A DNA stretch of 63,728 nucleotides, the filler included, from Welwitschia mirabilis (lineage: Eukaryota): the NCBI GenBank assembly GCA_051453625.1. It is 6 parts of one record of this genome, joined end to end, with 100 filler letters (N's around TTAATTAATTAA, not from the genome) between each part and the next. Parts side by side here need not be neighbours in the genome. Positions count along the whole stretch, not along the records: positions 33,824 to 45,913 come from JBOZIK010000001.1; positions 46,014 to 52,330 come from JBOZIK010000001.1; 4 more parts are not named here. One strand, written 5' to 3'. The notes below the pieces were generated by a model, which was not told where the DNA came from, searched no databases, and saw nothing but the letters and a program-made list of their open reading frames with translations. Numbering within the stretch: position 1 is the stretch's first letter; each line of letters opens with the position of its first letter. The position numbers and the translations under genes were made by a program. Shown piece by piece: positions 36,252 to 50,963 of the stretch.

Positions 36252-38092
36252 TCATCATGTGATCATGTGCTGATTCATGGAAATGAAGCCATGAAGCATG
36301 TCCGCAATATCATTGTTGGGTATTTGCATTACTATTGTCTGGGGAGGTGGCACTGCTCTATGGTGCTAGAAATGTCAGTGATGCATTTGCTTAGTGGTTG
36401 TTTTGTTGTTTATCAGATACTTGAACAAACTACTGATAATTGTATGTAACAAAGTGGGAAGGCTTTATATTGTCAATCTGTATATACTATCCTTGGAATA
36501 TGATAGGATGAAATTAGTGCATAATTGAAGGATGCTTCTTTGTAGTCTCTTTTAGTTCTAAATCAAGGAACCCTTTCTTCTAAAATTTTCTGCCTATAAC
36601 ATTGGAGACTAATGTATGCATCAACAAGGAGGCAAGCTTCAATTTTCTTTTTCCATGGAAAAAACAGAAAAAAGCGAAGTGTTACGAAATAAGGAAATCT
36701 TTAGGTAATAGAACGCTAAATTTATTAACAGGCACCTTTGCTATTTCAAAAGCCATCTTCTGTCTTGCAACTTCTCGTAAAACGTATATTCATGTTCCTA
36801 TGTTTCATAAACGTTGGAGGTTTGGCTAAGGGTTAACTAATCTTTGACTGTAAGAAAGACATATTAATTCCTTTATGAATCATTGTAACCTGTAACCCTC
36901 ATAATTATAGAAATATTCTTGGATCGTTGCCTTTTAAATTTCTAGAAAAGAATAATTCAGGCTTTGATCGAGTAATGCTGCACAGAATTAAGGAAACTAG
37001 ATTATTGAACACTGAGATGATATAGAACTGAGTTAAAATCTAAGACCATAGATAATAACATAACAAATAAAATTTGGTAGGTGACAAATGGTAAAGATTT
37101 CATGTGGTAATATGCGAATGAAAAATATTATACTATCAAAATTTTAAAAAAGGTCTAATAATTTTTGCAAGAGCATGGTAATGAATGAACCCTAAAAGGT
37201 AGCTACACAGATTTGGCAATATCCTTTTTAGACTTTCACCCAGTAACATGAAAGGACAATGATTTTGCTACACAAAGGTTACACTCTTCTTTTTGTCGAC
37301 ATTTTTTTCATCTAAACACTATTATCAGCGTTCTTGTCCCTTCATTTTTCTTTTCAAGATTTGTATAGAATCTTGTATATTTGTATTAACTATGCCATTG
37401 ATTAATGAAAGACACTTTGCAATCTTGAATCTCACATCCCCTCACAATCTAATAACTTGTAAATGACACTAGCACATTATTTATCAGATGTATCATGTAG
37501 TGAACATCACAAATTAAAGCATAATATTTACATTATATAATTGCAACAAGAAGTACAAGCTTGATCTCCTTATGCCTATTACCAAATAACTTAAGAGAAG
37601 ATGAAAGTAAGATACCTTTTTATAATATCATTGAAAAAGGAATATAAATTGCTATGTTGTATAAAGTAAGTTTAAGTAGTTATTTACAAATACTTAAGAG
37701 ATCATGTAACGGTATAATGAAGTATTTCAATAATTTAAGAGAGACTAGAAAACAAATCTTAAAATTTTTTTATCGATTTTGGCAAGGGCTAGTTATAAGT
37801 AAGTGTAAAGAAAAATAGTTCCTTTTAAAAATGTTTGGAAAATGGAAACTCCACTCTATTATTCAAAACCATGATATAGTGGAAGTCTAAAGACATGAAA
37901 ATGAAGAAATTAAAAACGAAGAGGTATAATGTTAAAACAGAAAAAAGAACGCTATATGAAAAGAATCCTTATAAGAATATCTTCTCAACATCACTAAGGT
38001 AACTGAAGATCTTAGTGATACCAAAAGAAAATCTAAGGAAGCTTTTAGCAATGAGAAAGTTATTTCATTCAATATTCGAGAAAGGTAGTTCA

Positions 38093-38532
38093 TGAAAGGA
38101 TCAAAGTAACCTTGGAGGTGAATAGGGTATTTAGAAATTTATTCTAAAAAACATCAAACAAAATGTGAAGCAAATATACTAAAAACAAAGTTAGCGAGAG
38201 AATGCAAGAGGGAAATGTGAAAAACAGTTTTGACAGTGAGTCGAAAAACCCCTACTCCACTCTTGGAGGATGGTCAAACCTTCAAGGCTTTCAAGGCTAA
38301 TCTTCAACCTTTTAATTGTGGACTTCTCAAGGATCAGTCTCAACTTGACACTTTCTTTAGAAGGATGGATGACAACAGTATGACTTTAGTGCATTGAATC
38401 ACTTGAACTTGTGATACAAAGATAAATGAGCTTTCAACACTCAAATCTTCCAAAGATTGATGCTCTTCCAGAAAGACAAGGGAAGATAGTACACAGTTGG
38501 GCACTTAAGGATGTCTATAATGAAGTATCAAG

Positions 38533-38580
<48 letters not shown>

Positions 38581-41500
38581 ATTGGAATGCCCTCGTTTCT
38601 TTCTATATTGGGGTAGTACCTAATCCTAAATGATACAAAGAGAGTTACAATGGCTAGAAATATGGTTAGAAGAATAACTTCCTTTTCAACGAAGATGCTT
38701 ATTAGTGTTGATTCGACTGTCCCTACGGATCATCCAAATTGTTGAGAAAAACAGTAGCCTTTAGTGCAATTGACTCCATAAGATGTCTGATCGACATAAC
38801 GGAGGTCAGGTTTTATAGTCCAGTCACTCCCATGAGTAGCTCAGTCACCTTGACCTAGAGATCCATATTCTTTGTTTTCTCCAGATTCGGTCCCCCTAAA
38901 TAATGGTCTGGTCAACTCGATGATTGCCTTGTGAAAACGACAAGTGCTCAACCAGAACAGGTTGAGTTGTGATTGGTTCTCGATGTTTTGATCTCGCATC
39001 TTATGTCCCAACCTATCATAAAAAGCTTGTGTTGCACACCAAATCATTAGTCTGACATCAACTGATAACAAACCCAACATCCTTCCCCTTTGACATTGAT
39101 GACGAACATTTTACTAAAAATAACATATGTAGTTTTAAAAATAGCACTTCCCCTTCAAATGTGTAAATGTTTCAACAAAATTAAAGATAAAAACTCGCCC
39201 TTATTGAGTGCTAGAAAAAAATTTTATGTTCAATTTTTAGAGATCATAGTAATGAATAATATTCCCAAAATCTAAAATTAATGCTAGAGTATTAAGTAAG
39301 AAGTAAAACATCATACTATTAAATCATTGTTGAATATCAAGCATAGGTACTACAATAGCTTTGTTATCAACTATGGGTACTGCAGTAGTAGTGCTCTCAG
39401 CATGCAGAATTTAAACAAAAACTTTTTAAACTACACGTCTTCTGTCCCTTTGACACTAGGACAAAGGAGCAATAAGAGAAAGAGATGGCGGTGGAAAAAT
39501 GGAGGGGAGCGCTCTTTGTCTTCAGATGAGCTTTGCACTTGAGAAGGCCCTGTATGAGATTCTTCTTCTGAACTGTCTACTATGGGAGCACTGGTGGTAA
39601 TTAAGGCTTTCTTAATGTGATGAGTCTTGGAATCCAATCTTTTAAGTAATGACAGTGTTTCCTCTTGAGATGATTTCTTGATCAAATGAGGAGAAGAGCT
39701 AGGTCTAGAGGAAGCTTCACCAAAAAATGTGCATCCTAGATAAACTAGCATGACCAATGGGTGTCATCGAAGTGAGAGTTTCAAGCTTAAGGTGAAATTG
39801 AACATGGTAAAATTTGCAAATATTTATGATAAGAACAGAATAAGGCAAAGCTCTAGATTTATGATAATCGAGTTGGGAAACCATATTTTTAAGAATAATA
39901 GCTGGAACATCTATTAATTCTTTTTTACCAACAAGATAATAAAAGATAAGCTTCGTAATTCAAGGTATCAGAACGCTCTCCCACAAGAGGTGAAAAATTA
40001 TAAGTGAAAATGAAATGTACAAAGCGGTATTTAGGAAAGAGGGAAGAGGTAGGGAAATGATCTTCCACTTGATTCTCTTCTCACAAAGGGTTTGGGTAAC
40101 CTATTCCTTATTTTCCATGGAATCTACAAGTGGAAAGAAATATGCAAAGTCACCTTATGGGATCTTTGTCAAAGTGGAAGTCAAATCCATAGTAACTTCA
40201 ATCTTCTTTACTAGAACCAATGTTGTTAAAGCAGGAATCTCTTCGTTAAACGTTGTATTTGAATAGAACATTCTTGTGAGGAAGGCATGTGCATTCCATG
40301 AAACTGTCAGGTAATATGAAAGCTAAAGATCTTCCAAAATCCTTATCACATCCTGAAGTTCTCTAATTTCATGTGCTACAACAATCCTTTCTTGACAAAC
40401 TAGCTTCTTTTCAAATCTCTCAAAAAATTTGCCAATTTGTGCTTTTTTTATTCCTACAAAGAAAGATGCCAAAATCTTGCTAGCAGCTTCCTTTTGTCAT
40501 TTTCCCTTTCCTCTTGAAGAAGCTTCAACCATGGGGGGAACAAAGAGTGGATAGAAATAGTAAAAAGCATAGGGATGAAAAGATATGACACAGAATGAGC
40601 TTGAAAATGATAGGAGATGATGGTCAAAAGGAGAAGAGGACAAGTGTTTAAAAAGAATTTATAAGAACCTTCTAGAATAAAGCCAAATTTGATTGAAAAT
40701 TTCAAATCCATGTCTTTAAAAATGATGCTCTCACTGACCGAGTTCTACATCCAATCAACCCATCGAGAGGTGGACTTTACCACTGTTAGGTCTGGTTGAC
40801 TTGATCCCCTAATTGGTTGACCCATTGAGGCACTAATCTCTTACCTCCCTAGTTGCAATTAACCAGCTGACAGATTTAGTCAACCTGAATTTCAAAGGTA
40901 GTTTTCCTAGTTTGAATCAACTGACTGAGTGATTTACTTAGTCAAAACCATGCTTCTAGTGTCTTTTAGTTGACCAAAAAGGATATCCAGTTGACCGCTC
41001 GAAAATCAGTCGAAGGGTTGATGACATAGTTTTAGTTCTCTTCTTAGTATAAAAATTGTTCATAGTTAAGAGGTTTACTAAAAATATCAACAAATTAAAG
41101 CTCAATATTGATGAAATTCATATTAATGTTCCTTTTTGCAACATACTCTGCCATAGCCATTGAAAGTAACACCAAATTTTGTTTCTTACTCCCCTAAGTA
41201 ACCAACTACCATTGAAAGTGACATTGAATTTTGTTTCTTACTCCCCCAAGAAATCAACCAAGGCTCAAGAAAAAAATAATTCGTGCTTGTACTCTTTTTG
41301 TCATCCTTACAACCTACCCAATCTGCATCATAGAATCCTATAAGCTTGAAGGATGTAGAATCTAGATACTATAACCCATACTCGCTTGCCCCTTGTACAT
41401 ATTTAATAATTCAGTTTACGGTCTATGGATGCAGTTCTATTGGATTAACCTAATGTTTGGCACACACTCCTCTGTTGAAAATAATGTATGGTCTACTGGT

Positions 41501-44500
41501 TGTTAAATATAATAGACTCCCATTCATGCTTTTATATTTTTTGATCCATTGATCTTTCCTTAGGATCCCCATCAATCCTGATATTTGTTGTCATTGGGTC
41601 AAAGACAACTTTTGCATTCTGAAGCCCTAAGTCCTTTGCATATTTTGCTTAAGAAATGAGAATCCCTTAATTACACAGTCTGATTTGCATTCCTCAGAAC
41701 ATGCTCACTTCTCCTAACATATGCATTTTGAGATTTTGCATCATAAGATTACTAAAATCTATAGACAAGGCTTTATTTGATGCTCCAAATACTATGTCAT
41801 CGACATATATCTGAATTGTAATAAAATCATTTCTACTACTTTTAACAAATAAGGTTTTATCCACATTTCCTCTTGTATAAACACTACTCTCAAGAAAGTC
41901 AGTTAACTTTTCATACCAAGCATGTGGTGCTTATTTTATCCCATACAATGCTTTCTTGAGTCTATAAACATAATTTGGTAAGTGTGGATCCACAAAACCT
42001 TTAGGCTGTTCATAGAGGCTTTTGCATTAAGAATTCCATTTAGAAATTCACTTTTTACGTCCATTTGATAAACTTTAAAATTTTTGAAGGATGCAAAAAG
42101 AGGAAACATTCTAATACTCTCTAACCTGACAATCGTTGTAAACTTGTTTTCTACATTAATCCCTTCTATTTGGTTGTCGCATTGAGTAACTAATCTTGCC
42201 TTGTTTTTTATCACAACATTGTGTTCATCACATTTGTTCCTATGGATTCAATCAGTTTCGATTACATTTTTGTTCTCTAGTCTCTTTATCAATTCCCAGA
42301 CATACTTGCTTTTGAACTGTAGAAACTCTTCTTGCATGGCTTCAATCCATTCTTTATGCATTTTTGCCTCTTCCAAATTCTTAGGCTCTATTTGAAAACA
42401 TAACATACATGTGCACAAAAATTTTTAAGGGACTATATAGTATACACATCTGAGTTTACATCTTTGATTATTGTATCAAGTGGATGACCTTTGAGTTCTT
42501 GAGTCTTTCAATTAGATCTTGTTTAATGATTAGAATCTTTCCTTTTTCTAGAGCATACTTTGTCAAAGGCAAAACACTTGATAGTGCTGATTTCATCATC
42601 ACCATTACATAAAGGTTTAAAATTAGAATCATCAATTTGAATATTAATAGGTTCTTCAACCGACAAGGTTCATTTGTTGAAGATTTTATAAGCCCTGCTT
42701 CTAGTGGAATATCCAAGAGATATAGCCTTATTAGCTTTTCATTCAAATTTTCTAATGCTTTTGCTATCTTTCAATACAAACACTTACTACTGAATACTCT
42801 GAAATATGAAACATTAGGCTTCCTACCTGTCCAGATTTTATATAGTGTTTTCTTCATACCTCGTCTTAGATATACTCTATTTATAATATAACAAGCAATG
42901 TTTATTGCCTCAACTCAAATGTCTTTGGATACTTCATTATCGCTTAGCATGGTCCTTGTCTTTTCTTAAAGCAAACGATTCTTCGTTTAGCTAGTCCATT
43001 GTTTTGAGGTATATTAAGGCTGAAAACTTATGCTTAATATCATTGTCAGCACAGTAGTTTTCAAATGCATGATTTTCAAACTCACCTCCATGATCACTTC
43101 TTATTTTCTTTATCATATATCCTTTTTCATTTTGAACTTGGATACATATTTCTACAAATCTTTTAAATGTATGAGATTTATTTCTTAGATAAACAACACA
43201 TGTGAATCTAGAATAATCATCAATTAGAACCAAGAAATATCCTTTACTTGTTAAATGTTTGGTTTGGGAGGGATGGGTCTACTAGATCCATATGCATGGG
43301 TTTTAATGGCACAAAGGTGGAGATCATACTTTTACTTTTATGTGATGCTCTTGTCTATTTTTTCGTTTGACAAGTGTTACACATCTCATGTTTACTAAAG
43401 CTAATATTGGGAATCCCTCTTGCCAACTCCTTCTTGACTAGAACCTTTAGATGATCAAAATTTACATGTCCTACTCTTTAGTGCCATAGATCTACAATGT
43501 TCACCTAAGAAAAGTGACATATGAAGGAGAACTATTCTACACAGTAAACATTGTCAATTCTTTTATCAACAAGAAGTCAATCATTCAACTTTTCATGCCT
43601 TACTTTATAGTTTTGATCATTAAGAATAACCATGTGTCTCTTATCACAAATTTGACTAACACTAAGTAAATTATGTTTTAATCCATTTGCATAAAAAACT
43701 TCCTTGATCCTAGGAATATCAACTCCACCATGGTTTCAATACCTTCAATTTTGGCCCTATCATCATCTTCAAAAGTTACTTCCCCTCCGTCATAATTGTC
43801 CATGTATTGGAATCTTGATTTATCCCCTAACATGTGTTGTAAACAACCACTATCCAAATACTAAAAAGTGCTTCTGCTTACTTTGAAGGCTTTTTGAATT
43901 AATAGACTTTTCAAATTGTTAGATTTTACTCATATAATCCTTTTTTGCTTTTATGGGATTATTAGTTTTGGTACAAATTTAAAAGGTAAATTGCAATCAT
44001 TAAAAAAGTACAGTATTTCTCTGTAAGCACATGTGAACTTGAAATGTTATACTTGACCATAGAAGTGACATGCACCCTTTAAAAAGGATGTGTTACTTAT
44101 GTGCTTTACCTATCCTGAAGAAGTAAATGAGTCAATTGAGATGTAGCCAATTTCTTTCTTGCGAAAAGGATGTTTACCAATTCCAATAATATTTTCTAGC
44201 TTTTGAGACCCAAATGTAAGTCTATTCAAGATATGTGTCAAATCATTTACCTTGTGTAGAAGTTCTTCATTTTCATTTTGACTTTCTAATATTATTAACT
44301 CATAGTAGCCTTTTTAAAGNNNNNNNNNNNNNNNNNNNNNNNNNNNNNNNNNNNNNNNNNNNNNNNNNNNNNNNNNNNNNNNNNNNNNNNNNNNNNNNNN
44401 NNNNNNNNNNNNNNNNNNNNNNNNNNNNNNNNNNNNNNNNNNNNNNNNNNNNNNNNNNNNNNNNNNNNNNNNNNNNNNNNNNNNNNNNNNNNNNNNNNNN

Positions 44501-46996
44501 NNNNNNNNNNNNNNNNNNNNNNNNNNNNNNNNNNNNNNNNNNNNNNNNNNNNNNNNNNNNNNNNNNNNNNNNNNNNNNNNNNNNNNNNNNNNNNNNNNNN
44601 NNNNNNNNNNNNNNNNNNNNNNNNNNNNNNNNNNNNNNNNNNNNNNNNNNNNNNNNNNNNNNNNNNNNNNNNNNNNNNNNNNNNNNNNNNNNNNNNNNNN
44701 NNNNNNNNNNNNNNNNNNNNNNNNNNNNNNNNNNNNNNNNNNNNNNNNNNNNNNNNNNNNNNNNNNNNNNNNNNNNNNNNNNNNNNNNNNNNNNNNNNNN
44801 NNNNNNNNNNNNNNNNNNNNNNNNNNNNNNNNNNNNNNNNNNNNNNNNNNNNNNTTGACTTTCTAATATTATTAAGTCATAGTATCCTTTTTAAAGTTTA
44901 GTTTCATGAGTTTGTTCAAGTCATTTATCCTCTTGGTAAGCTTCCCACATTCCATATACAACTCTTAATAGGTCTCATTTAGATCTTCATCCTTTTCTTT
45001 ATTGATAATATCAAGATCATCTGTTTCTCTTGATTGTGATGCTCGAATGGATATGTATGCAAAGGCCATAAAGGAGAGTCTTCTACTGTCATCTGATTCA
45101 TGACAAGATCTAGTCTATTATTCATCTTCTAGGTTGTTCCATGTAGCTATTAACAAGGATTTCTTTGTTTTTCTTAGATTGTTCTCCTTTTTGTTATTTG
45201 AACATTCTCTTCTCATATGTCCAAATACTTTACGTCCATAACATTGAATCTCTTTCCTCTTTTCAAGTGTGCTCCTTGCCCTTGAGGTTCCTCTTATTGG
45301 ACTTTTACTGGATTCTTCATCTCTTCATTTTGACAAATATCTTTTACATCTTTTAGCAAGAAGAGCTACTTCATCATCATTAATATCTTCTTTAGAGCTG
45401 TCATTTTAATGATCTTTATAAATGATTTTGAGTGAAAGATGTTTCTTCTTATTCTTTGAAAATTTTAATTCATAAGTTTGTAAATTATCTTGCAACTCAT
45501 CCAACATGCTCTTACTGAGGTCCTTTCTTTCTTTAATTTCTGTGACCTTTGTCTCAAACCTCTTAGGAAGAGATCTTAGTACTGACTACCCTGGACTAAT
45601 CCGTCTTTGTTTCAAGACTAACCATGAAATTTACAATATCTATTAGTTTTACAAAGTACTCTTGAAGGGTCTCTTTCTCATCCATTTTAATATCTTCAAA
45701 CTTCGTGATCAACATTTGCAAACTTGACTTGCTTCACCATAGATGTTCCTTCATGAGTCGTCGTTAAGATGTTTCATGCTTCCTTGGTTGTTGTTTGATT
45801 TAATATTCTCTTAAACTCCTAAGCATTTACTACATAAAAGATGACACCCTAAGCATGATAATTTAAGTTAGCTAAAATTTTATCAACAATCTTTCATTTA
45901 TCCTTAGGCTTTANNNNNNNNNNNNNNNNNNNNNNNNNNNNNNNNNNNNNNNNNNNNTTAATTAATTAANNNNNNNNNNNNNNNNNNNNNNNNNNNNNNN
46001 NNNNNNNNNNNNNCTTGCTCTAATGTCAAATGAAAGGATCAAAGTAATCCTAGAAAAGGGGTGAATAGGGTATTAAAAACTTACCTTAAGAAACAACAAA
46101 CACAATCTAAAACAAATATACGAAAACTAAAGTTAGTAAGAACATGTAAGAGAGAAATGCATAAAAAACTTTTTATAGTGGTTTGGGAAATCCTTACTCT
46201 GCTCTCAGAGGACATCCTAAACTCAAGCTATTACAGACAAAAGCTAATCTTCAAGCTTACAATTATGGATGTTTCAAGGATCAGGCTCAACCTATACGCT
46301 CTTTTGAAAAGGATAGAGTGACAAATGTATGCCTTTAATGCATTAAATCACTTAGCTTTGTGGTACAAGAATAATTGAGATTTCCGTACTTAGATCTTCT
46401 AGATATTAGTGCTTTTTCAAAAATATAGAAGAAGATAGTATAAAATGTGATACTTATGGATGTTTGTGATGAAGTATCAAGATTGTGTCTGTGTTTTGTA
46501 TTGAAAGGCCCTTTTTTCTTTTTATATTGGATTAGTACCTAATTCTAAATGATGTAGAGAGAGTTATAACAGCTTGAAAAATGGTTAGAAAAATGACGTC
46601 CTTTTGAATGAAATGGCCATTGGCACTCATTTGGTCACCTCTACAAAACATCTGGTAGGTAAGAAAAACAATAGCCTTTAATCTAGTCGACCGCATAAGA
46701 TGTATAGTGGACCTAAGAGAGCTTATATTTTATATCCTAGTTGCCATGATGAGTAGCTCAGTCATCCTAAATGAGAGATGCAGGTTCTCAATTATCTCTA
46801 GATTCTGTTAACTTGAATAATGATTCAGTTGACCCAATGATTGTCTTATGAGAATTGTAAGTCGTCAATAAGAATAGGTTAAGCTTCGTTTGGTCCTTCA
46901 AGTTTTGATCTCACATCTTACGTTTCAAGCTATAACAATAAGCTTGTGCTGCATACTAAATCATTAGTTTAACATCGACTTACAACAAATCTAATA
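38093..46996 (-). mobile_element. Full-length but decayed Sirevirus-like copia element with intact TSD
   Basis: LTRs at 38093-39079 and 46031-46996 both begin TGAAAGGATCAAAGTAA on the + strand. TSD GTTCA at 38088-38092 and 46997-47001. Domain order is gag (~45000-45900), integrase (IDDYSRF, IRSDHGGEFEN), RT, RNase H, extra ORF (~39400-40500; AFLTRMFYSN), then PPT at ~39081-39090. Confidence 0.88.
38535..38577. repeat. (CT)n microsatellite within the 3' LTR
   Basis: Direct reading. Confidence 0.95.
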
Positions 46997-48199
46997 GTTC
47001 ATGAGTTACAATTTGATTAAAAAATTACAAATTGATTTCCTAATATTTTTTAATGAAGGCACACTCATGTAATCTTGGAATAAACTAATCATAACATTTT
47101 GAAGAATTATTGTTTGAAAGTAATACATTATTATCATATATGTTTATACCTAGTCTATTTGACAACCATGATGGTGTATATTCCATTTAGAAAATTCTCC
47201 AAATCTTATATTGTTTTTTAAATTTTTCCTTGTTCATTCTTATTCCAATTTTTATTTCTAAATTAATGACAATATTCAATTCTATATAACCTTGTGTTGT
47301 ATTAGCAAGAGTTGTTCATCCTATTTATAACAAATTAGTTGTTTATTTATATTCCTATGTTTTCTTGGTAAATATTTTAATTTGTTTATCCTTGTTTAAA
47401 ACATGTGATATGCTATTTATGATTGTAGGTGTTGGACACATATAAGTGAAATATTATCTCGTTTTATCTTCCAAGTGTCATTAATGACTTAGCCATTATC
47501 ATATCCAATATTTTTTATAATAAAGGCATGCACCAAACTTCTTGACTGAATGTAAAAAAAATAACAATCATAAAAACGTGTGACAAAATATAATAGATTA
47601 TTATAATAAATCCAAAGAAATAAAATTGGAGAGAGAGATTTAAAAAACCATAAAAAAGAACTAGTTATAACTAATACTAAATTTAATTCAAAAGATCATA
47701 ATATAAAGGAAATGTTATTCACTAGTGTTTTGATTCTAATAGCATTAAATGTATAAGTGAAATTTGCCACTTGAGATTGCTGAATGAAATGATTTGTAAG
47801 GATGATATTAGTAGATGAAATGGTTGGTTCTAGGAACATTAAACATGTAAGTAAAATTTGTCATGATGAGATTAGCAAATCATTCAAAATATGAAATGTT
47901 ATCTACTAATATTTTGAACGCTCTATATATTCAGTTTTATTACATTGGTATGCTTGGTTATTTTTTTAACACACAAGCCATTACTAGTGCAAGAGCATCC
48001 TTTGTAAAATAATTAATAATTAAAGACATTCAAAGCTAGACTTATTCAATGTTAAAGTCTAAAATTGTAATTTCAAGTTGCATGAAATTTAGGCTTAAAC
48101 TATGAATCTCTTTTTATTTATAACAAAGTCTATGGTGCCCCTTTTATGGCATAAATAGTGAAATTCCTTATTGAAACTAGCTACAACATATCAAGCTCT

Positions 48200-48869
48200 T
48201 TTTTTAGCTACAAAAATTATGGGTAATTTGCTAAATTTGTCTAAGAAATGACACAAATTATGCCCAAATAAATGGAGGCATCTTTTATGTAATTTTTAGG
48301 AAAGAAATCTAGCAATCATTCTGTCTTAAGATAGAATGCTGTGAGAGGTCTCAATTAGATTATATACTTTTAAATAACCTCCCTTATGACCTATAAATTG
48401 TAGGGAGTAGTAGATATTTGGATACCATGCTCACAACATTTTCATTTAGAGTGGCAAGCTTATAATAGAAGAGTGTTTCCAAGAAGCTCATGCTTAAGCA
48501 CATATTCCAACCTTGTACTTGTAATATTTCTCGTTAATACAAATTTCATTTGTTAGTTTCTTCAAAAATTATTGTTGAAAGTCTAATTCCCATTCCCTAA
48601 GTGAGGTTTTAGGGATTTTATTGTGGGACTATACATCATCTTGACATTAAAGCTACTATAGAACACCTATAAGAAAGATGTTTCCATGGTAGCCTATCAC
48701 CATCCATTTGCAAATGCGTTGGTAAAGTAAAAGGAATTCACAAGTAAGTTTCAATACATGATGTAAAAATTCATCCAAAGAGTGTTTATAGGTCATACTC
48801 TGAAGCAGAAATCAATCGTGGAAGAAGAAGAAGAAGAAGAAGAAGAAGAAGAAGAAGAAGAAGAAGAAG

Positions 48870-48900
<31 letters not shown>

Positions 48901-50963
48901 GGCAGAACTACTTCAAAGACAAGAGGAATCTTTTTTTAATCCATCTAGAAGTAGTTCTACTAATATGGAAAAACTCTTCTTGAGGTTTATGAGGAGGATA
49001 GGTCAAAAGAATCCTTGGGATGTGAAACAATATAAGAGAAGCATGTAACTAGAAAATTTGGGAAATTCAATTCATAACCTTAAGAAGACTCTAAAAGAGA
49101 AGAAATAGAGGAAGGTGCAAATAACATCTTCTCACTTATAGAAATTTATAGATGGTTGATGGAAACCTTGAAAACAAAGAGGGATAGCCAAGCTTATTTT
49201 TGCATCGGTTGGAATTCCATGCATACATTTTTAGAGGAGACACTCATGCTAATAACACATAATGCAAAGTTGATTAGAAAAATGCATAACTTCCATCAAT
49301 TAGATAAGTCATTAATGTAGTATACTAAAAACATTTCTTAGCTTTGACATCCAAGTGAGCTACTTTGAAAATGTATTATAGGGATATTGAGGTACAATAT
49401 ATGGCCTTAAATTTTCCATTTAGAATGGTGTGTATTTTTTGTTCAAGTATTGTGGAGTAAGCATATCAACTAGCTTCACAAGCTAAAGGAAAATTGAAAT
49501 GAACATAAAATTACACTGCCCGAAGTAATAGCAAGAGAAAAGAGCATAGAGATCTTGAGGACAAAGGAAAATGGACATCATAGAATGTAATGCATCATCA
49601 AATGGATAAGAAGAAAGGAAGGACGATAAAAGATATGGTAAATTAATTAATTATTACAATTCTAATGAAGTAGGCATAAAGCATATGAACATAGATCTCA
49701 AAAGCTAGAAGTGAATTTTGTGGTGGTAGCATATGAAAAAGGGAGAATCTAGTGGAGAAGAAAAGGAGCAAGTACCTAAAGGGGTACTAAGTGACAAAGG
49801 TGAGAACCTGTATGTTATTAGTGTAGGATTTTACTCATCTAGTGACTTACTTTAAAGGAAATAAATATTCAGGACAAAAATGAAGATTAAGGATAAGTTA
49901 TGAAAGATTATTATTGATACTGGTAGCATAGATTATTTGGTTTCCAAGTAAATGATAGAGAAATTACATTTAGAAATTCATCCAAACCCTTATTACACAT
50001 CATGGATGCAAAAGAGATGTCATATCACTATTGTTGAAAAATTTCTTATTAATTTAATATTGATAATTTCAATGGTAATGTGAATTTTGATATTCCTATG
50101 ATGCACATCATTTATAGCTTGATAGACATTGGCAATTTGATACTAACTATGTACATGAAGGCAAGAAAGATACTATAACAAATGCAAAGGGAAACATGCT
50201 TGAATTGTTACTAAATGAAGAAGACGTTTAAGAAGGAAAAATAAGATCTTGCTACTTTAGGGAAAAGGAAGTAATGGAAGAATAGGTAAAGGAACTAATG
50301 AAAAAATAGTGATTTTTCAAGTTACCATAGAAAAATCTATAAAAATAGAATTTAGAGGAGGTAAAAGATTTATTGTATTCTTTATAAGGCATTTTCATCG
50401 ATGATTTACCTCCAAATTTACTTTCAATGGGAAGCATTAACCACAAAATTTATCTAGTACCTCATGCATCTCTTCCAATAAGTCATCACATTAAACAAGT
50501 AGCTATGAAAGGAAAGAAATCAATAAGGAAGTACAATATTTACTGGACAAGGTCTTTGTAAGAGAAAGTCTTTTTGCATATTCAATTCTAATGGTATTTA
50601 ACACTAAAGAAGGATAGTAGAACTACAATTACGTACTAATGCAATGAATATAAGTAAGATAATAATAAGATACTAGTTTCTGAGACCTAAAATGAATGAT
50701 ATGCTGGATACTCTAATGGGTTCATGTGTATTTAGTATACTGGATCTTAGAAGTGGCTATCACCATATATGAATTATGGAAGAATATGAATAGAAGACTA
50801 TTTTAAAAACTCTAGATGGTTTGCATGAATGATTAGTAATGTAATTTATCCTAATTAATGCATTTAATACCTTTATGAGATTGATGGTGCAGGTTTTAAA
50901 GCCATGTTTGAGAAAGTTTACTTGTTTTTACTCAACATTTTACAAAGAATGTATGACATTCAT
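48200..50963 (+). mobile_element. Decayed chromovirus (CRM-like) Ty3/gypsy: LTR remnant, gag, protease, RT start
   Basis: Protease IIIDTGS (~49910). RT PKMNDMLDTLMGSCVFSILDLRSGYHHI...NTFMRLMVQVLKPCLRKF (50685-50920). Boundaries are approximate. Confidence 0.7.
48821..48898. repeat. (GAA)26 microsatellite
   Basis: Direct reading; it explains the poly-E ORF. Confidence 0.97.

Noticed and set aside
36267-36829. Short ORFs after the PTAC3 stop
   Set aside because: No recognisable motifs; consistent with 3' UTR or intergenic sequence.
48782-49048. Poly-glutamate ORF
   Set aside because: It is produced by a (GAA)26 microsatellite in a decayed gypsy element.
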